Positions 30,540 to 41,729 of a stretch of DNA of 64,000 nucleotides are shown here, one piece after another. The notes under the pieces were generated by a model that saw nothing but the letters and a program-made list of their open reading frames with translations, was not told the origin of the DNA and did no database searches. How positions within the stretch are numbered: the first letter of the stretch is position 1; every line of letters begins with the position of its first letter. The translations under genes were made by a program, and so were the position numbers. This DNA is from Patescibacteria group bacterium (lineage in GTDB: Bacteria > Patescibacteriota > Patescibacteriia > JACRDY01), in NCBI GenBank assembly GCA_041653535.1, contig JBAZFH010000005.1, positions 12,012-76,011 on the forward strand. Reading direction: 5' to 3'.

Positions 30540-33500
30540 TTACGGTTTTTCGTTATATTCCTGTCCCTCGCCGACATCAATATTCAATCTTGTTTCAAAA
30601 TCAGCCGGGCTGCCGATGATCTCTGTATTGCGAACAAAAGTTCCTGCTTCGCGCAAAACTATATTACGGTCGGGAAAAAAAGTATAACGAACATCCCGAC
30701 CGGGAGCACTGACCTCAAAACCAATACTGTTATCAGCTTTATTTTCTTCGATACTTTTAATAACAGCGTTTTCTCCTAAACTATATTGCCCCAAATTGAA
30801 ACCTCGGCTGGACAGCAAGGCATCAATATATGTTTTAGCATTTGATGTTTTTATAAAATCGACAGAAAAACGTTCGGTATCAATCCATGTTTCAATAAAT
30901 TTTTGTGCTTGAGAATCGGTCACAAATTCCTCTCTGATTATATTTTCGGCGTTGGTAGTGATCACTCCTTCGGTATCAGCCACAATCGCACGAATGGCCG
31001 TATCAAGATGGCTAGCAGGAAAGTATTGATCTTTTCCGATACGATTAATTTTTACGCTGCTGGTCTTGCTGTCGATTATTAAATCATCCCTGGCACCGGA
31101 ATCATAACCAGCCGCGTGCAGTCCTGAGATCTCCAGCCTGCCGTGTTTAGCCGTAATCATCGGCTCATCGTCAAACTCTAATCCGCCGACATTTAAAAAT
31201 TCTCTCAAATGCAAATTATTCACTGAAGGATTGGCATAAATCGATGCCAATATAAATCCTTTCTTAGCGTCAACACTGCGCAGACTTTGAGAAAACTCTA
31301 GTCCGCTTCTTATTTCGTTCGGATTATAAGACTCTTTTATTAAATTTTGAGCAATCTCGCATTGTGATCTATTACCTAATAAATTAACGTCGCCGCCGCT
31401 TTTTTCTACAAACCGGCTTACTTCTTCGATCTTTGGTTCTCCTAAATAATGATCAACAGCAAAGCGAACATCACTGATTAATTGATTGGCTTTACTGTTG
31501 TCAATTTGATATTCCTTTGTTACCGAATCACGAATATCAATAATTTCTTTAATATATTGATTAATATTCCTAACGTCGGTTTTATTAATAGAAACTTCGG
31601 CTAAAGTCTGAGCATGTACTACTTCGCTACCAAACATCACATAAACCTTGGAACCACCTTCTGTTTCCACCCGAGCCAAACGTAAATTTTGTTCTGACGA
31701 TACAGTAATGCCATACTCTGCCGGATTCAACACCTCTAATTTTGCGGCATCGCTTATTTCCACGCCTTCATTGGTTAAGACTCGCGTAATATCTTCTGTG
31801 TTGATTGATTCAATATTTATTTCCGGGGAAGGAGCGGAGTATTGGTCATAATTTTGGAGAATATCGCCAAAATTATTAGTTTTTCCTTCCGGTAACCGTA
31901 AACCTTCCGCCTTTACTAACTTACCGTCATCACTCAAATAGACACCGCTGCCGCTGCCGTCTAAAGCTTTGACCAAGACATTTTTTGAACCAGCCCCATC
32001 GACTCTAAAAGCACGACCGTTAGATTGAAAAATAAAACTTTTGTCCGGACCGATCTTGATACTTTGGATAGTATCGCGATTAACCTGTAATCGTTCTTGC
32101 AAATAATTGAGGCGTAAAGTTTCTTCTGACACTCGACGCGCGTCCGCGACACCAACGCCTTTAATAATATCTATTGCTCCATTATTAGCAATAATCATTC
32201 TATTGCCGGCGTAAGCAAGATTTTCTTCGCGAGCAGCGGCAACGCCGATAGCTTTATCAATCAAAGATTGGTTTACCTCGTCTCCGTCCCCCGAAAGGAC
32301 ATCTTCACCTAAATAATTTTTGACAAAAGCCGTCGCTAGGCGCGAGTCATAATTACTGCTTTTTTCATCTAGTTGATCGTGCAATATTTTAGTTAAGGTG
32401 TCACCTTGTTTTACCACCGCAACTCGGTTAGTTTGTATTATATTATCGATTTCCTTAAAATCGCCTTTGGCAAATATCTTGTTTAGTTCTTCCAATGATT
32501 CCCGGGAGCTGTCGCCGCTCAAAGACCCTGGACCACCCAATGCTTTTTCCATATTTTGCAGAATGAGTGCCGCATTATCAGTCTGCAATATGTAGTTGAT
32601 TATATCTTGATCGGCATTTGGCAGTGCTGAAATTTTACTGATAACATCGACAACATTTCTATCACTCTGATCAAAAATACCATCTTTGACCAAACCATAA
32701 ACCACGTATTCCCGTGATCCCTCCGGTAAATTTTTCACTGCTGCGATTGCTTCGTTTAATTGACTCGCTGTTTCCGGCTCTATACCTCCCCGGGATAATT
32801 TCTCCAATAAAGCAATCTGAATCTCCGGTGATTTAATTTTAGTGGCGGTCTCGACTAAGCCACTCACTCTGCTGATAGCCTCAGGCGAGAACCCGTCCTT
32901 TGCTATAGCTGACACCGTATAACCTTCGACCTGTTGGCTGATTTTACCGTGCAAATTAGCAACCAGAGTACCGGCAGCCTCTATCTGTTCTTTTTGCAAC
33001 CCGCTATTAGCTAAAGAGTTGATAATATTAGATTTTTCCGTATCATCAGAAATATCTTTTACAATCGAAAAAACATCATCCAGCCGCTGGTTCACTTCAT
33101 TAACCCCTTCGATATTATTGATACCGCCGACAAAAGATTCTGGTAAAGCGGCTCGCTGTAAATTCTCGTCTAATTTCACTAAAGATACGATTTCTTGTTC
33201 ATTTATGCGACCGTCTTTGGCGATATTGTTTACCGTGTCCTCTGACAAAATACTAAGTTTAGGCATCACTTCAGCCGTACTCTGACCGGCCCAATCGGAC
33301 AAGGTTTTTACCCCGGTATCATTCCCTATGACACCGGCTACCTCCCGCAAGCTCCCCGCCACTTGTTGTGAAAAACCCCTCACCTGCGATAAAGTCTTAT
33401 TTTCAGAAATTTCTCTAAAAACATCTTTGCTGGCCTGAGATTGAAAAACCGGCTTGACAGTGTGATCGCCGCCCAGCCATTGACCCAGCTCTTGTATTGC

Positions 33501-36500
33501 TTCCGGACCAAGCAAGGCTCCGGCAGCGGCACCTACCGCCTGTGAAGCACCGATAATTATTTTTCTATGTTTTTCCAGATTTTTTCTGCGCAAAAAATTG
33601 CTTTCCAGGTCGTTGGTTATCTGTTGAACCGTCTCGGTTAATTTTTTAGCATTTTTTATCTTTAAAGTCGTAAAATATTCCACCTTTTCCCGCAGCCGAA
33701 CGTAATCTCCAGGGTGCTGTTTTTTAAATTTCTGATCCAAAAGTTGCGCTCGAGCTCTAGCCATCAGTTGATCATTGACGTTATCCTTGTTTAGTTGTTC
33801 GGCGGTGATAAATCCTAATTCTCTAAAACCACCCATCTTACTGGTTGCCAGTATAGCGGCGCTTTCAAAAGCTTTGGCTCCAGAATAAGCAAAAAGTCCC
33901 TGGCGGACAGCCGGCATAGTACGCGCCAACATACCGGCAAAAGTAAATACTGCGGCTGTTTTCATTTTTTCTTTTGCCGTTGTACCGCCGCTCCATAGTG
34001 ATTTTAATGAATCCGGCAAAACCCGATCGAGCCAGGAAAAACTTTTTTCCAAAACACCAGGAGCCCGATCCGCTATTTTTGCCTCCATCACCGCAGTGCT
34101 GCGATCCACCGCTAACAACGCTCTGACCTGATCTAATATTTTATCAATATTTTCCGCAGGCATTTCGGTATTTTCCAGTTTTTTCCGGATATCGTCCAAA
34201 TAAACAGAAGATTGCATATCAATAAGTTTTTCATACCTGACGTAATCATTATTTTTTCTGGCTTTATTTTTTTCTTGATCAAAATCGGCAAAAACCCTTT
34301 CTTGTCGATCGATTTGATGCTGCTTACTAATAGCTAAGTCGGCTGTTAGATTGGCAACGAGTAAATTCAGCCACTGTTGTCCCTCAGGAGAATCTTTGCT
34401 TATTTCTCTTTTTATTTTTTTTAAATTGTCGCTTAGCTCCCGTTCGGATCTACCTCCGGAAATTTTAGCGTCAATCATACGTACCACTCCCATACTCAAC
34501 GCTCCGCCGACTCCACCGGTTGCTAAAGTGGCGACTGTCCCTATCCCGGCGTACATTCCGATTTTTCCCGTTACTTTTCCCGCTCCTTTTAGCTTGCTCC
34601 AAAAACCACGCTTAGTGTCGGTTCTGCCTAGTTGTTTTGCCAGCTCTGTCAGTTCTTGCTCCCTGCGATCAATGCTCCGATAAATATCATCTTGATCTAA
34701 ACCAGTCAAATCTAAAAAATTTTTGGCAAGATTATTTAATCCGCTGCCAGAAGTCAATATTTCTTTTAAAAGCTGGCTTATTTCTTCAACCACTCTTTGG
34801 TCGCGAAAAAATTCTTTACTGTTAGCAAATTTGGCTTGTTGCAAAGGTTTAGTTAACTCCTCATAATCAGCTCCCGGCATCGCCATCCTGATCTTCGCCT
34901 CATTAATTATCTCACGGATATCCTTGTTTTTTTCTTTAGGAGCGGCTAAATATCTTTTTATCAAATCGAGCAGATCTTTATATTTTTGCTCCGCCCGGAC
35001 TAGAGTTTCAATATTTTCCAGCGTTGCTTCACGCTGATACCACTCTCTGGCGTTAGACACGTCTTCCCGCAAAAGATAGACCTCTTTTTCCAAGGGAAAT
35101 TCCGGCCATTTATTTTTTATAAAACCAAACATTTCTTCGCTAAGGACAGACAATTGTTTCGCCTGGTCTACCAGCGATTCTATCGCATCTTTTGAACCTA
35201 CCATACTTTTTTTCTCTGCCGTTCCTGATTCTATATTATTTTTATTTTCTTCCGTCGTTTCTAGAGAATAATCAATTTTTTTATCATTAAAAAAATCTTT
35301 AATGTTATTGATCAAGCCAGGCGTGCGGCGTTCAACAAAATCTAAATAAATCTGAGTATTTGCCGGATTATCAAAATCAAAATCTGGGCTGTTTATTTTT
35401 TTAACATCCGCATAATACTGTTGTATTGCCAAACCTACCGGGTCGTTTTCAGAAAAATTGGAAAAATCGTGATGTTTTTTCAAAACAGACAAAAGTTTAT
35501 CCGCTTCTTGTCGAACGGCTAAAAATCTTTCCTTCAACTCGCCTCCTTCTTTTTCGATAGCCGTCTCTCCTGGATTTATTTGCCATTGAGCTAAAGTATC
35601 TAAAGAAAAATCATGATTTAAAAATGATTCTCCCATACGATGAGCGGTCACCATGCCATCATTTTCATCAACCTCTTTGATTATCCAGTCATTTTCATAT
35701 TGTCCATTGATAAAAACTCTTACCATGTCGCCGGCTATTAACACGCCGTTGGCGACCCTTTCCCAATTCTCTTTCTGGTTATCATGAGCCGCCTTTATAA
35801 TTTCTTTCATTTTTTTCTCTGTTTCATCTATCTCTCCAGTAGACAATTTCGCCAAAAATTTTTGATCAAATCCATTATTAATAAAAGACTCTCTCTGTCC
35901 ATAATCCTGCGGGGACAGAAAATAGGTCAATTCCGACGGCATCTCTTTCAATACAATAAATCTATCAAGCAACCGTTCCACTGCTTGTTTATGTTCTTTA
36001 GGATTATTAATAGAATCCAAAGACGTTGCTCCTTTATCTAACCCCTTTTCTGGCAAGCGGTCCCGTACTACTAATCGAGCGATCTCATCCGCCTCTCGTC
36101 CACTTATTATTGATTCTTTTTTTATGCCCTTCACTACATAATCGCTATCGCTAAATTCAGGAAAATCATAATTTTGTATCGTTTCTTCGGTGGAGATTAT
36201 TTTACCGTCGCCATTTTGACGGATAACATTCTCTCCGGACGCAATGCCAAATTTTTGGGGGTGGAAAGTACTTACTTCCTTACTACCGGCGTTGACATCT
36301 ACCGCAACGTCAAAATCACCGGATGCGGCCGCTTTTTTTAGCATCTCGGCTTCTTTATCGCTCAATCTTCGTTCCACCGGTTTTGGGATATTAGCGGGAC
36401 GAGACTTTTCCTGAGCTGATATCGCTGTATTATTTGCCCCACTTAAAGCTTCGTTTGTAACATCTATTTCTTCCCTTTCTGGTGGTTTTTTTTCCGTATT

Positions 36501-37757
36501 AACAGTCGGTGAAATATTACCGCGAGCAGCCACCCTGGCGTTTTCCCATTCTAAAACTCCTTCCTCCACTTCGCCCTCTCCTGCCAATCGAAACATATCT
36601 CCCACTCGAGACATGTGTTCCGCTAATGATTTGAAATCTTTACCCTGAACGTGTCTTTGCGGCGGAACAGTATCCCGCGTACGAGGAAGAGGCGGCTCTT
36701 TTTTTGCCTTATCTTTTATAAAAGAAGCTAATCCTTTTATTAATACCTCTTTTTGCTGATCGCTAAAATATGTTTTTTGAGGTTTTGTTTCTGGTCCAGC
36801 TTGTTCTACGGGAGCTACCTGGATGTTCGGATCATTCGATACAATATTTTGTTCTTTTTTATCCTGTTCTTTTTTCCAAAGATCATAATCATCGGCAGTA
36901 GCCGCAATAGATTGACCGACAAATTCTTTTTTACCCCTACCAATAGCCAAATAATCACCGCTGACCGCCAATTCCTTCAACTTGTCAGAGTCGAGCTCGT
37001 CTTTTAACTCCCAAAATTTTTCACCCCAAAGCTTGTTATTTTGCACTATTTCTTTCATGTCTTCCTGATCTGGCCGACTTTCCAACCCCCGTAAAATACG
37101 ACCGCCGCCCAAGATAAAAAGCTTAAGCGCCTCACTATATCTTTTTCTCCACTCACCGACGCCGATTTCTGTTTTTTTATTTTCGTCATCAAGCACGGCA
37201 AGCGCCTGACTGGCAATAAAAAATTCTCTGATCTCTTGTTTTACGAAAGTAGTAGTGCGTTTGTTTTTTAAAACTTTTGACAACATAGCCCATAGATTTT
37301 TGGCCTCTTTTTCTTGGATCAGCAAATTTTCATCCTCTTTTTTTTCCATGTCTTCCAAAACCGCCTGATCTCTTGCTTGCCGCTGCAATACTTGTTCTAG
37401 CTGAAAAAATTTTTCCACCAGCTTACTGCCGATTTTTACGATAGTTTTCAATCTTTTCACGTCAGTAACGCTGATATTTTTTTGCTTATTTAAAAAATCA
37501 TCTATTTCTTGCTTAAGATTTTTATCTTTAACTAAAAACTCGCTCTTACTATGAGCGGCAAGATTTTCAAATATTCTTTTTAAATCCGCTTCCAGCTTTG
37601 CTTCTTTTAAATCGTTTCTTTCTTGCGCGGAATTTCCAGATGGTTGACACTTCCCCTTCTTTTTATCTTCAATCCTCTTCCTGCCAGATGCCTTATGGTC
37701 TTCCAGCCTTTCTTTTTGTTTATCTTGGAAACCACCTGATGGTTTTGGCTCTCGCAT
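30540..37757 (-). CDS. Giant (2405 aa) coiled-coil/membrane protein with glycine-rich hydrophobic helices and a LysM-like motif
   Basis: Uninterrupted 7.2-kb ORF; GMYAGIGTVATLATGGVGGALSMG and GAAAGALLG segments; VAVVKQGDTLTKIL. Confidence 0.75.
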   Translation of the reverse strand: MREPKPSGGFQDKQKERLEDHKASGRKRIEDKKKGKCQPSGNSAQERNDLKEAKLEADLKRIFENLAAHSKSEFLVKDKNLKQEIDDFLNKQKNISVTDVKRLKTIVKIGSKLVEKFFQLEQVLQRQARDQAVLEDMEKKEDENLLIQEKEAKNLWAMLSKVLKNKRTTTFVKQEIREFFIASQALAVLDDENKKTEIGVGEWRKRYSEALKLFILGGGRILRGLESRPDQEDMKEIVQNNKLWGEKFWELKDELDSDKLKELAVSGDYLAIGRGKKEFVGQSIAATADDYDLWKKEQDKKEQNIVSNDPNIQVAPVEQAGPETKPQKTYFSDQQKEVLIKGLASFIKDKAKKEPPLPRTRDTVPPQRHVQGKDFKSLAEHMSRVGDMFRLAGEGEVEEGVLEWENARVAARGNISPTVNTEKKPPEREEIDVTNEALSGANNTAISAQEKSRPANIPKPVERRLSDKEAEMLKKAAASGDFDVAVDVNAGSKEVSTFHPQKFGIASGENVIRQNGDGKIISTEETIQNYDFPEFSDSDYVVKGIKKESIISGREADEIARLVVRDRLPEKGLDKGATSLDSINNPKEHKQAVERLLDRFIVLKEMPSELTYFLSPQDYGQRESFINNGFDQKFLAKLSTGEIDETEKKMKEIIKAAHDNQKENWERVANGVLIAGDMVRVFINGQYENDWIIKEVDENDGMVTAHRMGESFLNHDFSLDTLAQWQINPGETAIEKEGGELKERFLAVRQEADKLLSVLKKHHDFSNFSENDPVGLAIQQYYADVKKINSPDFDFDNPANTQIYLDFVERRTPGLINNIKDFFNDKKIDYSLETTEENKNNIESGTAEKKSMVGSKDAIESLVDQAKQLSVLSEEMFGFIKNKWPEFPLEKEVYLLREDVSNAREWYQREATLENIETLVRAEQKYKDLLDLIKRYLAAPKEKNKDIREIINEAKIRMAMPGADYEELTKPLQQAKFANSKEFFRDQRVVEEISQLLKEILTSGSGLNNLAKNFLDLTGLDQDDIYRSIDRREQELTELAKQLGRTDTKRGFWSKLKGAGKVTGKIGMYAGIGTVATLATGGVGGALSMGVVRMIDAKISGGRSERELSDNLKKIKREISKDSPEGQQWLNLLVANLTADLAISKQHQIDRQERVFADFDQEKNKARKNNDYVRYEKLIDMQSSVYLDDIRKKLENTEMPAENIDKILDQVRALLAVDRSTAVMEAKIADRAPGVLEKSFSWLDRVLPDSLKSLWSGGTTAKEKMKTAAVFTFAGMLARTMPAVRQGLFAYSGAKAFESAAILATSKMGGFRELGFITAEQLNKDNVNDQLMARARAQLLDQKFKKQHPGDYVRLREKVEYFTTLKIKNAKKLTETVQQITNDLESNFLRRKNLEKHRKIIIGASQAVGAAAGALLGPEAIQELGQWLGGDHTVKPVFQSQASKDVFREISENKTLSQVRGFSQQVAGSLREVAGVIGNDTGVKTLSDWAGQSTAEVMPKLSILSEDTVNNIAKDGRINEQEIVSLVKLDENLQRAALPESFVGGINNIEGVNEVNQRLDDVFSIVKDISDDTEKSNIINSLANSGLQKEQIEAAGTLVANLHGKISQQVEGYTVSAIAKDGFSPEAISRVSGLVETATKIKSPEIQIALLEKLSRGGIEPETASQLNEAIAAVKNLPEGSREYVVYGLVKDGIFDQSDRNVVDVISKISALPNADQDIINYILQTDNAALILQNMEKALGGPGSLSGDSSRESLEELNKIFAKGDFKEIDNIIQTNRVAVVKQGDTLTKILHDQLDEKSSNYDSRLATAFVKNYLGEDVLSGDGDEVNQSLIDKAIGVAAAREENLAYAGNRMIIANNGAIDIIKGVGVADARRVSEETLRLNYLQERLQVNRDTIQSIKIGPDKSFIFQSNGRAFRVDGAGSKNVLVKALDGSGSGVYLSDDGKLVKAEGLRLPEGKTNNFGDILQNYDQYSAPSPEINIESINTEDITRVLTNEGVEISDAAKLEVLNPAEYGITVSSEQNLRLARVETEGGSKVYVMFGSEVVHAQTLAEVSINKTDVRNINQYIKEIIDIRDSVTKEYQIDNSKANQLISDVRFAVDHYLGEPKIEEVSRFVEKSGGDVNLLGNRSQCEIAQNLIKESYNPNEIRSGLEFSQSLRSVDAKKGFILASIYANPSVNNLHLREFLNVGGLEFDDEPMITAKHGRLEISGLHAAGYDSGARDDLIIDSKTSSVKINRIGKDQYFPASHLDTAIRAIVADTEGVITTNAENIIREEFVTDSQAQKFIETWIDTERFSVDFIKTSNAKTYIDALLSSRGFNLGQYSLGENAVIKSIEENKADNSIGFEVSAPGRDVRYTFFPDRNIVLREAGTFVRNTEIIGSPADFETRLNIDVGEGQEYNEKP

Positions 37758-37781
37758 AGCTATATAATAATACGTAAAATT

Positions 37782-37979
37782 TTATTTATCTTTCAATTTT
37801 TTTATATCTTCTTCCAGCTGCTGAACTCGCAGATCTTCAACTTGTTTAAGATAACTATTGATTATATGATCTTTTTCAGCAAAAAGCTTATCAAACTCAC
37901 GCTGATACTGCGCCGTAAGCTCTTTTAGTTTTTTGATTTTTTCCGTTAGCAAATCGGCGTTTGTCTTAACATCGTCCAT
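37782..37979 (-). CDS. Small coiled-coil protein
   Basis: 65 aa, co-oriented between DUF5663 and the giant ORF. Confidence 0.7.
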   Translation of the reverse strand: MDDVKTNADLLTEKIKKLKELTAQYQREFDKLFAEKDHIINSYLKQVEDLRVQQLEEDIKKLKDK

Positions 37980-38010
37980 GTTTGTAATTTTTTAAAAAAG
38001 AAGCAAAAAT

Positions 38011-38331
38011 TTACTCCTTTTTGGCAGCAGCGATAAACTCGGCGGCAAAATCCTGCAGCCCTTGCTGTACTTTTTCCGGAAAATTATCTATCTTACCGGC
38101 GAAAAATTGCTGCAAAGCGGCATTGCTGATTTTCGGTTCGCGCTCCATCATCTGGCGAAACTCGTCTAGACCGGCTGAGTCGAGCTCTTGCATGGCTATT
38201 ACGCCAATACGACGATCTATCTGCACTCGCAATTTATCAATATAATCCGCTTTGTATTCATCAGGCATGCCATCCAAGCCGGCGGCTAAAATCAAGTTTT
38301 GAATAAAGACTTCCATTGGATCTTGTGCCAT
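38011..38331 (-). CDS. DUF5663-like small helical protein
   Basis: GLDGMPDE...RIG...L...EF pattern common in CPR. Confidence 0.7.
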   Translation of the reverse strand: MAQDPMEVFIQNLILAAGLDGMPDEYKADYIDKLRVQIDRRIGVIAMQELDSAGLDEFRQMMEREPKISNAALQQFFAGKIDNFPEKVQQGLQDFAAEFIAAAKKE

Positions 38332-38685
38332 ATTTTTATTTATTTTTCCGTTAAAGGAAAACAACTATTTATTAGTTTTATTTTGCTAAATTATAGCTAA
38401 AATGGCTAAAAAAATCAAATAAAAACTTTGCTTTGCAAAGAAAAAACCGTACATTGTGACATATGTTAACAAAAGTCTAATATAACAAACAGAAAAGACG
38501 CATTTAAAACTAAACCCTGCAGACCCATTATAGTAACGATTGCGCAACAACAATCCCGTCCGCTAAATTATGCGGAAACAGAAAAACGATACATGGTAAC
38601 TGCTAATCACAAAAGAGCAAACATTGCTGTCTGCTCTTATTTTTACTGAAACTATAGCATTACCCCGTTTTCCAGCTCTCTGTCC

Positions 38686-39798
38686 TTATTTTATCATTTT
38701 ATTCCCTTTAAATTCCTGATAAGTTTTTTCAATATAGTCGGTGATTCTTTTTTTAAATTCTTCCACACCAAAATTTTGCGCGTGTTGACGGATTTTTTTC
38801 GAATCATATTTTTCCGGTTTGAAACGAATAACGGCGTCGGACAAACTCTCCCAGGTTTGCTCGTCGAAAAACTCGCCCGTCACCCCAGGGATAATAGTTT
38901 CCAAAGCGCCACCTACCGGATAAGCAATTACCGGCCGACCGGCTGCCATTGCTTCTACTGCCGTAATACCAAAATCCTCTTCTTGTGGATTGATAAAACC
39001 CAGACAATGAGCGCAAAGTTCTGCTTTACGCTGATCGGATATTTTGCCGACAAATTCGATGTGCGATTTTGCCATTTTACGGAGACGCGCTTCTTCCGGT
39101 CCAGTGCCAAATATTTTAAGCGGAATGCCCAGTTTATTGAAGGCCTGCACGATAATATCAAAACGCTTATATGGCACCAGCCTGCCGCCCGCCAAATAAT
39201 AGTGATTGAGCTGATCCGCTTGATAAAACTTTTCTGTTTCTACCGGCGGATAAATCACCTCGCTATTACGACGATAATATTTATTAATTCTTGCCGCGAC
39301 ATTGTGTGAATTGGCAATAAAATTATCCACTCGATCGGCAGCCAGACGATCCCATTTACGCAGTCTAGTCAAATAAAAAGGTAAAAACTTTTTGAGCAAT
39401 GGACTAGCTTTCAACTCACGCAGATAGCTATGCGTGTCCGTCCAGAGATATCTGGTCGGAGTATGACAATAACAAATATGCAAAGTTTTTGGACCGGTAA
39501 TCACTCCTTTTGCCATGGCTGATGCTGAAGATAAAACCAAATCGTAATCGTTTAAATCGTGGCGCTCGGTAGCCATCGGCATCATCGGCAAATACCATTG
39601 ATATTTTTTAATAGCAAAAGGCATGTCTTGCAAAAAAGAAGGGCGAATGTCTTTTTTAGCAAAATCATTACCCATGGTTTTAGAATCATAGAGTAAAGTA
39701 AAAATCGGCGCCTCGGGAAAAATGTCCTGAAACGCCTTGAGAACTTTTTCAGCACCACCGTACTGAACTAAATGGTCGTGGATCAAAGCAACTTTCAT
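38686..39798 (-). CDS. Glycosyltransferase family 4
   Basis: MKVALIHDHL..YGGAE, CYCHTPTRYLW, EDFGITAVEAMAAG. Confidence 0.93.
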   Translation of the reverse strand: MKVALIHDHLVQYGGAEKVLKAFQDIFPEAPIFTLLYDSKTMGNDFAKKDIRPSFLQDMPFAIKKYQWYLPMMPMATERHDLNDYDLVLSSASAMAKGVITGPKTLHICYCHTPTRYLWTDTHSYLRELKASPLLKKFLPFYLTRLRKWDRLAADRVDNFIANSHNVAARINKYYRRNSEVIYPPVETEKFYQADQLNHYYLAGGRLVPYKRFDIIVQAFNKLGIPLKIFGTGPEEARLRKMAKSHIEFVGKISDQRKAELCAHCLGFINPQEEDFGITAVEAMAAGRPVIAYPVGGALETIIPGVTGEFFDEQTWESLSDAVIRFKPEKYDSKKIRQHAQNFGVEEFKKRITDYIEKTYQEFKGNKMIK

Positions 39799-39809
39799 AA
39801 ATTAGTATG

Positions 39810-39914
<105 letters not shown>

Positions 39915-41339
39915 TTACACTTTACTTTTTCTCGTCAACACCACTATCGGAGTTCGGAGTAATATCCATAAATCAAGCAGTATACTCCAATTTTCAATAT
40001 AATACGTGTCTAATCTGACCTCCTCGTCAAAATCCAAATCCGACCGACCGGAAATCTGGGCAAGACCGGTAATCCCCGGCTTGATCGCTAACACCGCCTT
40101 ATGATGACGTTGATATTTTTCTACCTCACGCGGCTGATGCGGGCGCGGACCGACCAGACTCATATTACCAATTATCACGTTAATAATTTGAGGCAATTCA
40201 TCAAGACTGGTTTTTTCTAAAAACCGACCGACTCTGGTACGGCGAGGATCGTCGAGAACCTTGTAAACCGGACCTTGTCTTCGATTTTTTTCGGCAATCA
40301 ACTCTTTTTCGTATTCTTCGGCCTTGAGACTATCATAGCCCGGACCGGTGCAGTATTCTGTCTTCATCGAACGAAATTTGTAGGTATTAAAAACTCCTTC
40401 CCGACTCACTCGTTGGTTTTTATAAATCACCGGACCGCGTGAATCGATTTTTATCGCGATGCCAATGATAGCTAAAACCGGAAAAAGAACAGCTAACAAA
40501 AACAAAGCGAGAATAAAATCAAAAAATCTTTTGATAATCTTAGCCCAGCCATCCAGCGGAGTTTTGCGCAGCTCAATAATCGGCACGCCGGCAAGGGTGC
40601 TAATATCAACATTAGTTGCCTGAGCCTGAAATAAATCCGGAGCGTATTTGAAAGTCACATGATATTCGTCGCACCAGTCAACCAAATCAAGAATCTGTTC
40701 TTTAGGCAAATTTGGATCAACCTGCAAAACTTCGTCTAACTTTTTTTGCGCCAACAACTCCTGTACTGCTTTTTTTTCTTCTCCGTTAAACTGTTTAAAA
40801 ATCTTTACTACCCGTAACCCTATTGACGGCTTTTTTTCTATTTCTTGGCGAATCATTTCGGTTGTTTTGTCGCTGCCAAAAACAGCGATATAGTTTACGC
40901 CATAGCCGGCGGTAAAAAGAAATCTTTGCACTCCGCGAATCAATCCGCGACCGAAGCTAACTGTTAAAATACTTACCACCCAAACAGCAATAATAATAAA
41001 ACGGGAAGAAAATAATTCTTGTTTGCCAAAGAAAATAATCACGATCAACGTCAGTGTTGCCGTAGAGCAAGCGAGCAAGATACGGGAAAATTCGCCTAAA
41101 AATTTTCTCGATCCGGAAATTTTGTAGAGACCGGAAAACGCAAAAATTGCCAGCCAACAAACCGCCATCACCAAAACTATTTTGATGTACTGAGGAAAAG
41201 GCAAGGCGTAAATCACTGGACGAACATCAGTCAAAAAAGATTTGAACCGCAAAAAATATGCCAGCACTCCGGCTGCCACCACCATAAAATAATCAACCGG
41301 AACCAGCAAGGCACTGAACGTGAGTTCGGATTTTTTCAT
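39915..41339 (-). CDS. Undecaprenyl-phosphate sugar phosphotransferase (WcaJ/CpsE family)
   Basis: KRFFD, YKFRSM, DDPRRTRVGRFLEKTSLDELPQ, SLVGPRP, KPGITGLAQ. Confidence 0.93.
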   Translation of the reverse strand: MKKSELTFSALLVPVDYFMVVAAGVLAYFLRFKSFLTDVRPVIYALPFPQYIKIVLVMAVCWLAIFAFSGLYKISGSRKFLGEFSRILLACSTATLTLIVIIFFGKQELFSSRFIIIAVWVVSILTVSFGRGLIRGVQRFLFTAGYGVNYIAVFGSDKTTEMIRQEIEKKPSIGLRVVKIFKQFNGEEKKAVQELLAQKKLDEVLQVDPNLPKEQILDLVDWCDEYHVTFKYAPDLFQAQATNVDISTLAGVPIIELRKTPLDGWAKIIKRFFDFILALFLLAVLFPVLAIIGIAIKIDSRGPVIYKNQRVSREGVFNTYKFRSMKTEYCTGPGYDSLKAEEYEKELIAEKNRRQGPVYKVLDDPRRTRVGRFLEKTSLDELPQIINVIIGNMSLVGPRPHQPREVEKYQRHHKAVLAIKPGITGLAQISGRSDLDFDEEVRLDTYYIENWSILLDLWILLRTPIVVLTRKSKV

Positions 41340-41729
41340 AAATTAGTAGCTAGTGGCTAGCGACTAGCAACTAGTGACTGGCGATTTTTACTGCCAGCTA
41401 CCAACTGCCAGCTACCATTTTCTGTCCCTATTCTATGTAAAATTTAGGTAAAAGTCAATTTAAAAAATTTTAGTTAGTGTAAAAAATGGGCTAATTTGAC
41501 ACATTTATCTTTATATTTTATATCAAAAAACGCTATTGACAAAGATTGTCTAACTTGGTAGGCTGCTATGATAAATAGAATTTTGACAATTAAAATAAAG
41601 AATTGAAAAATGGAGGTGAAAAAGATAGTAGTCTGGCTTATTTAGAGCCAAAACTTTGTTCGTGCGTGTTCTTACAATATGTTCAGTGTCCAACTCCAAC
41701 AACCCATTCATGTACAAGGAGAAAGAAAA

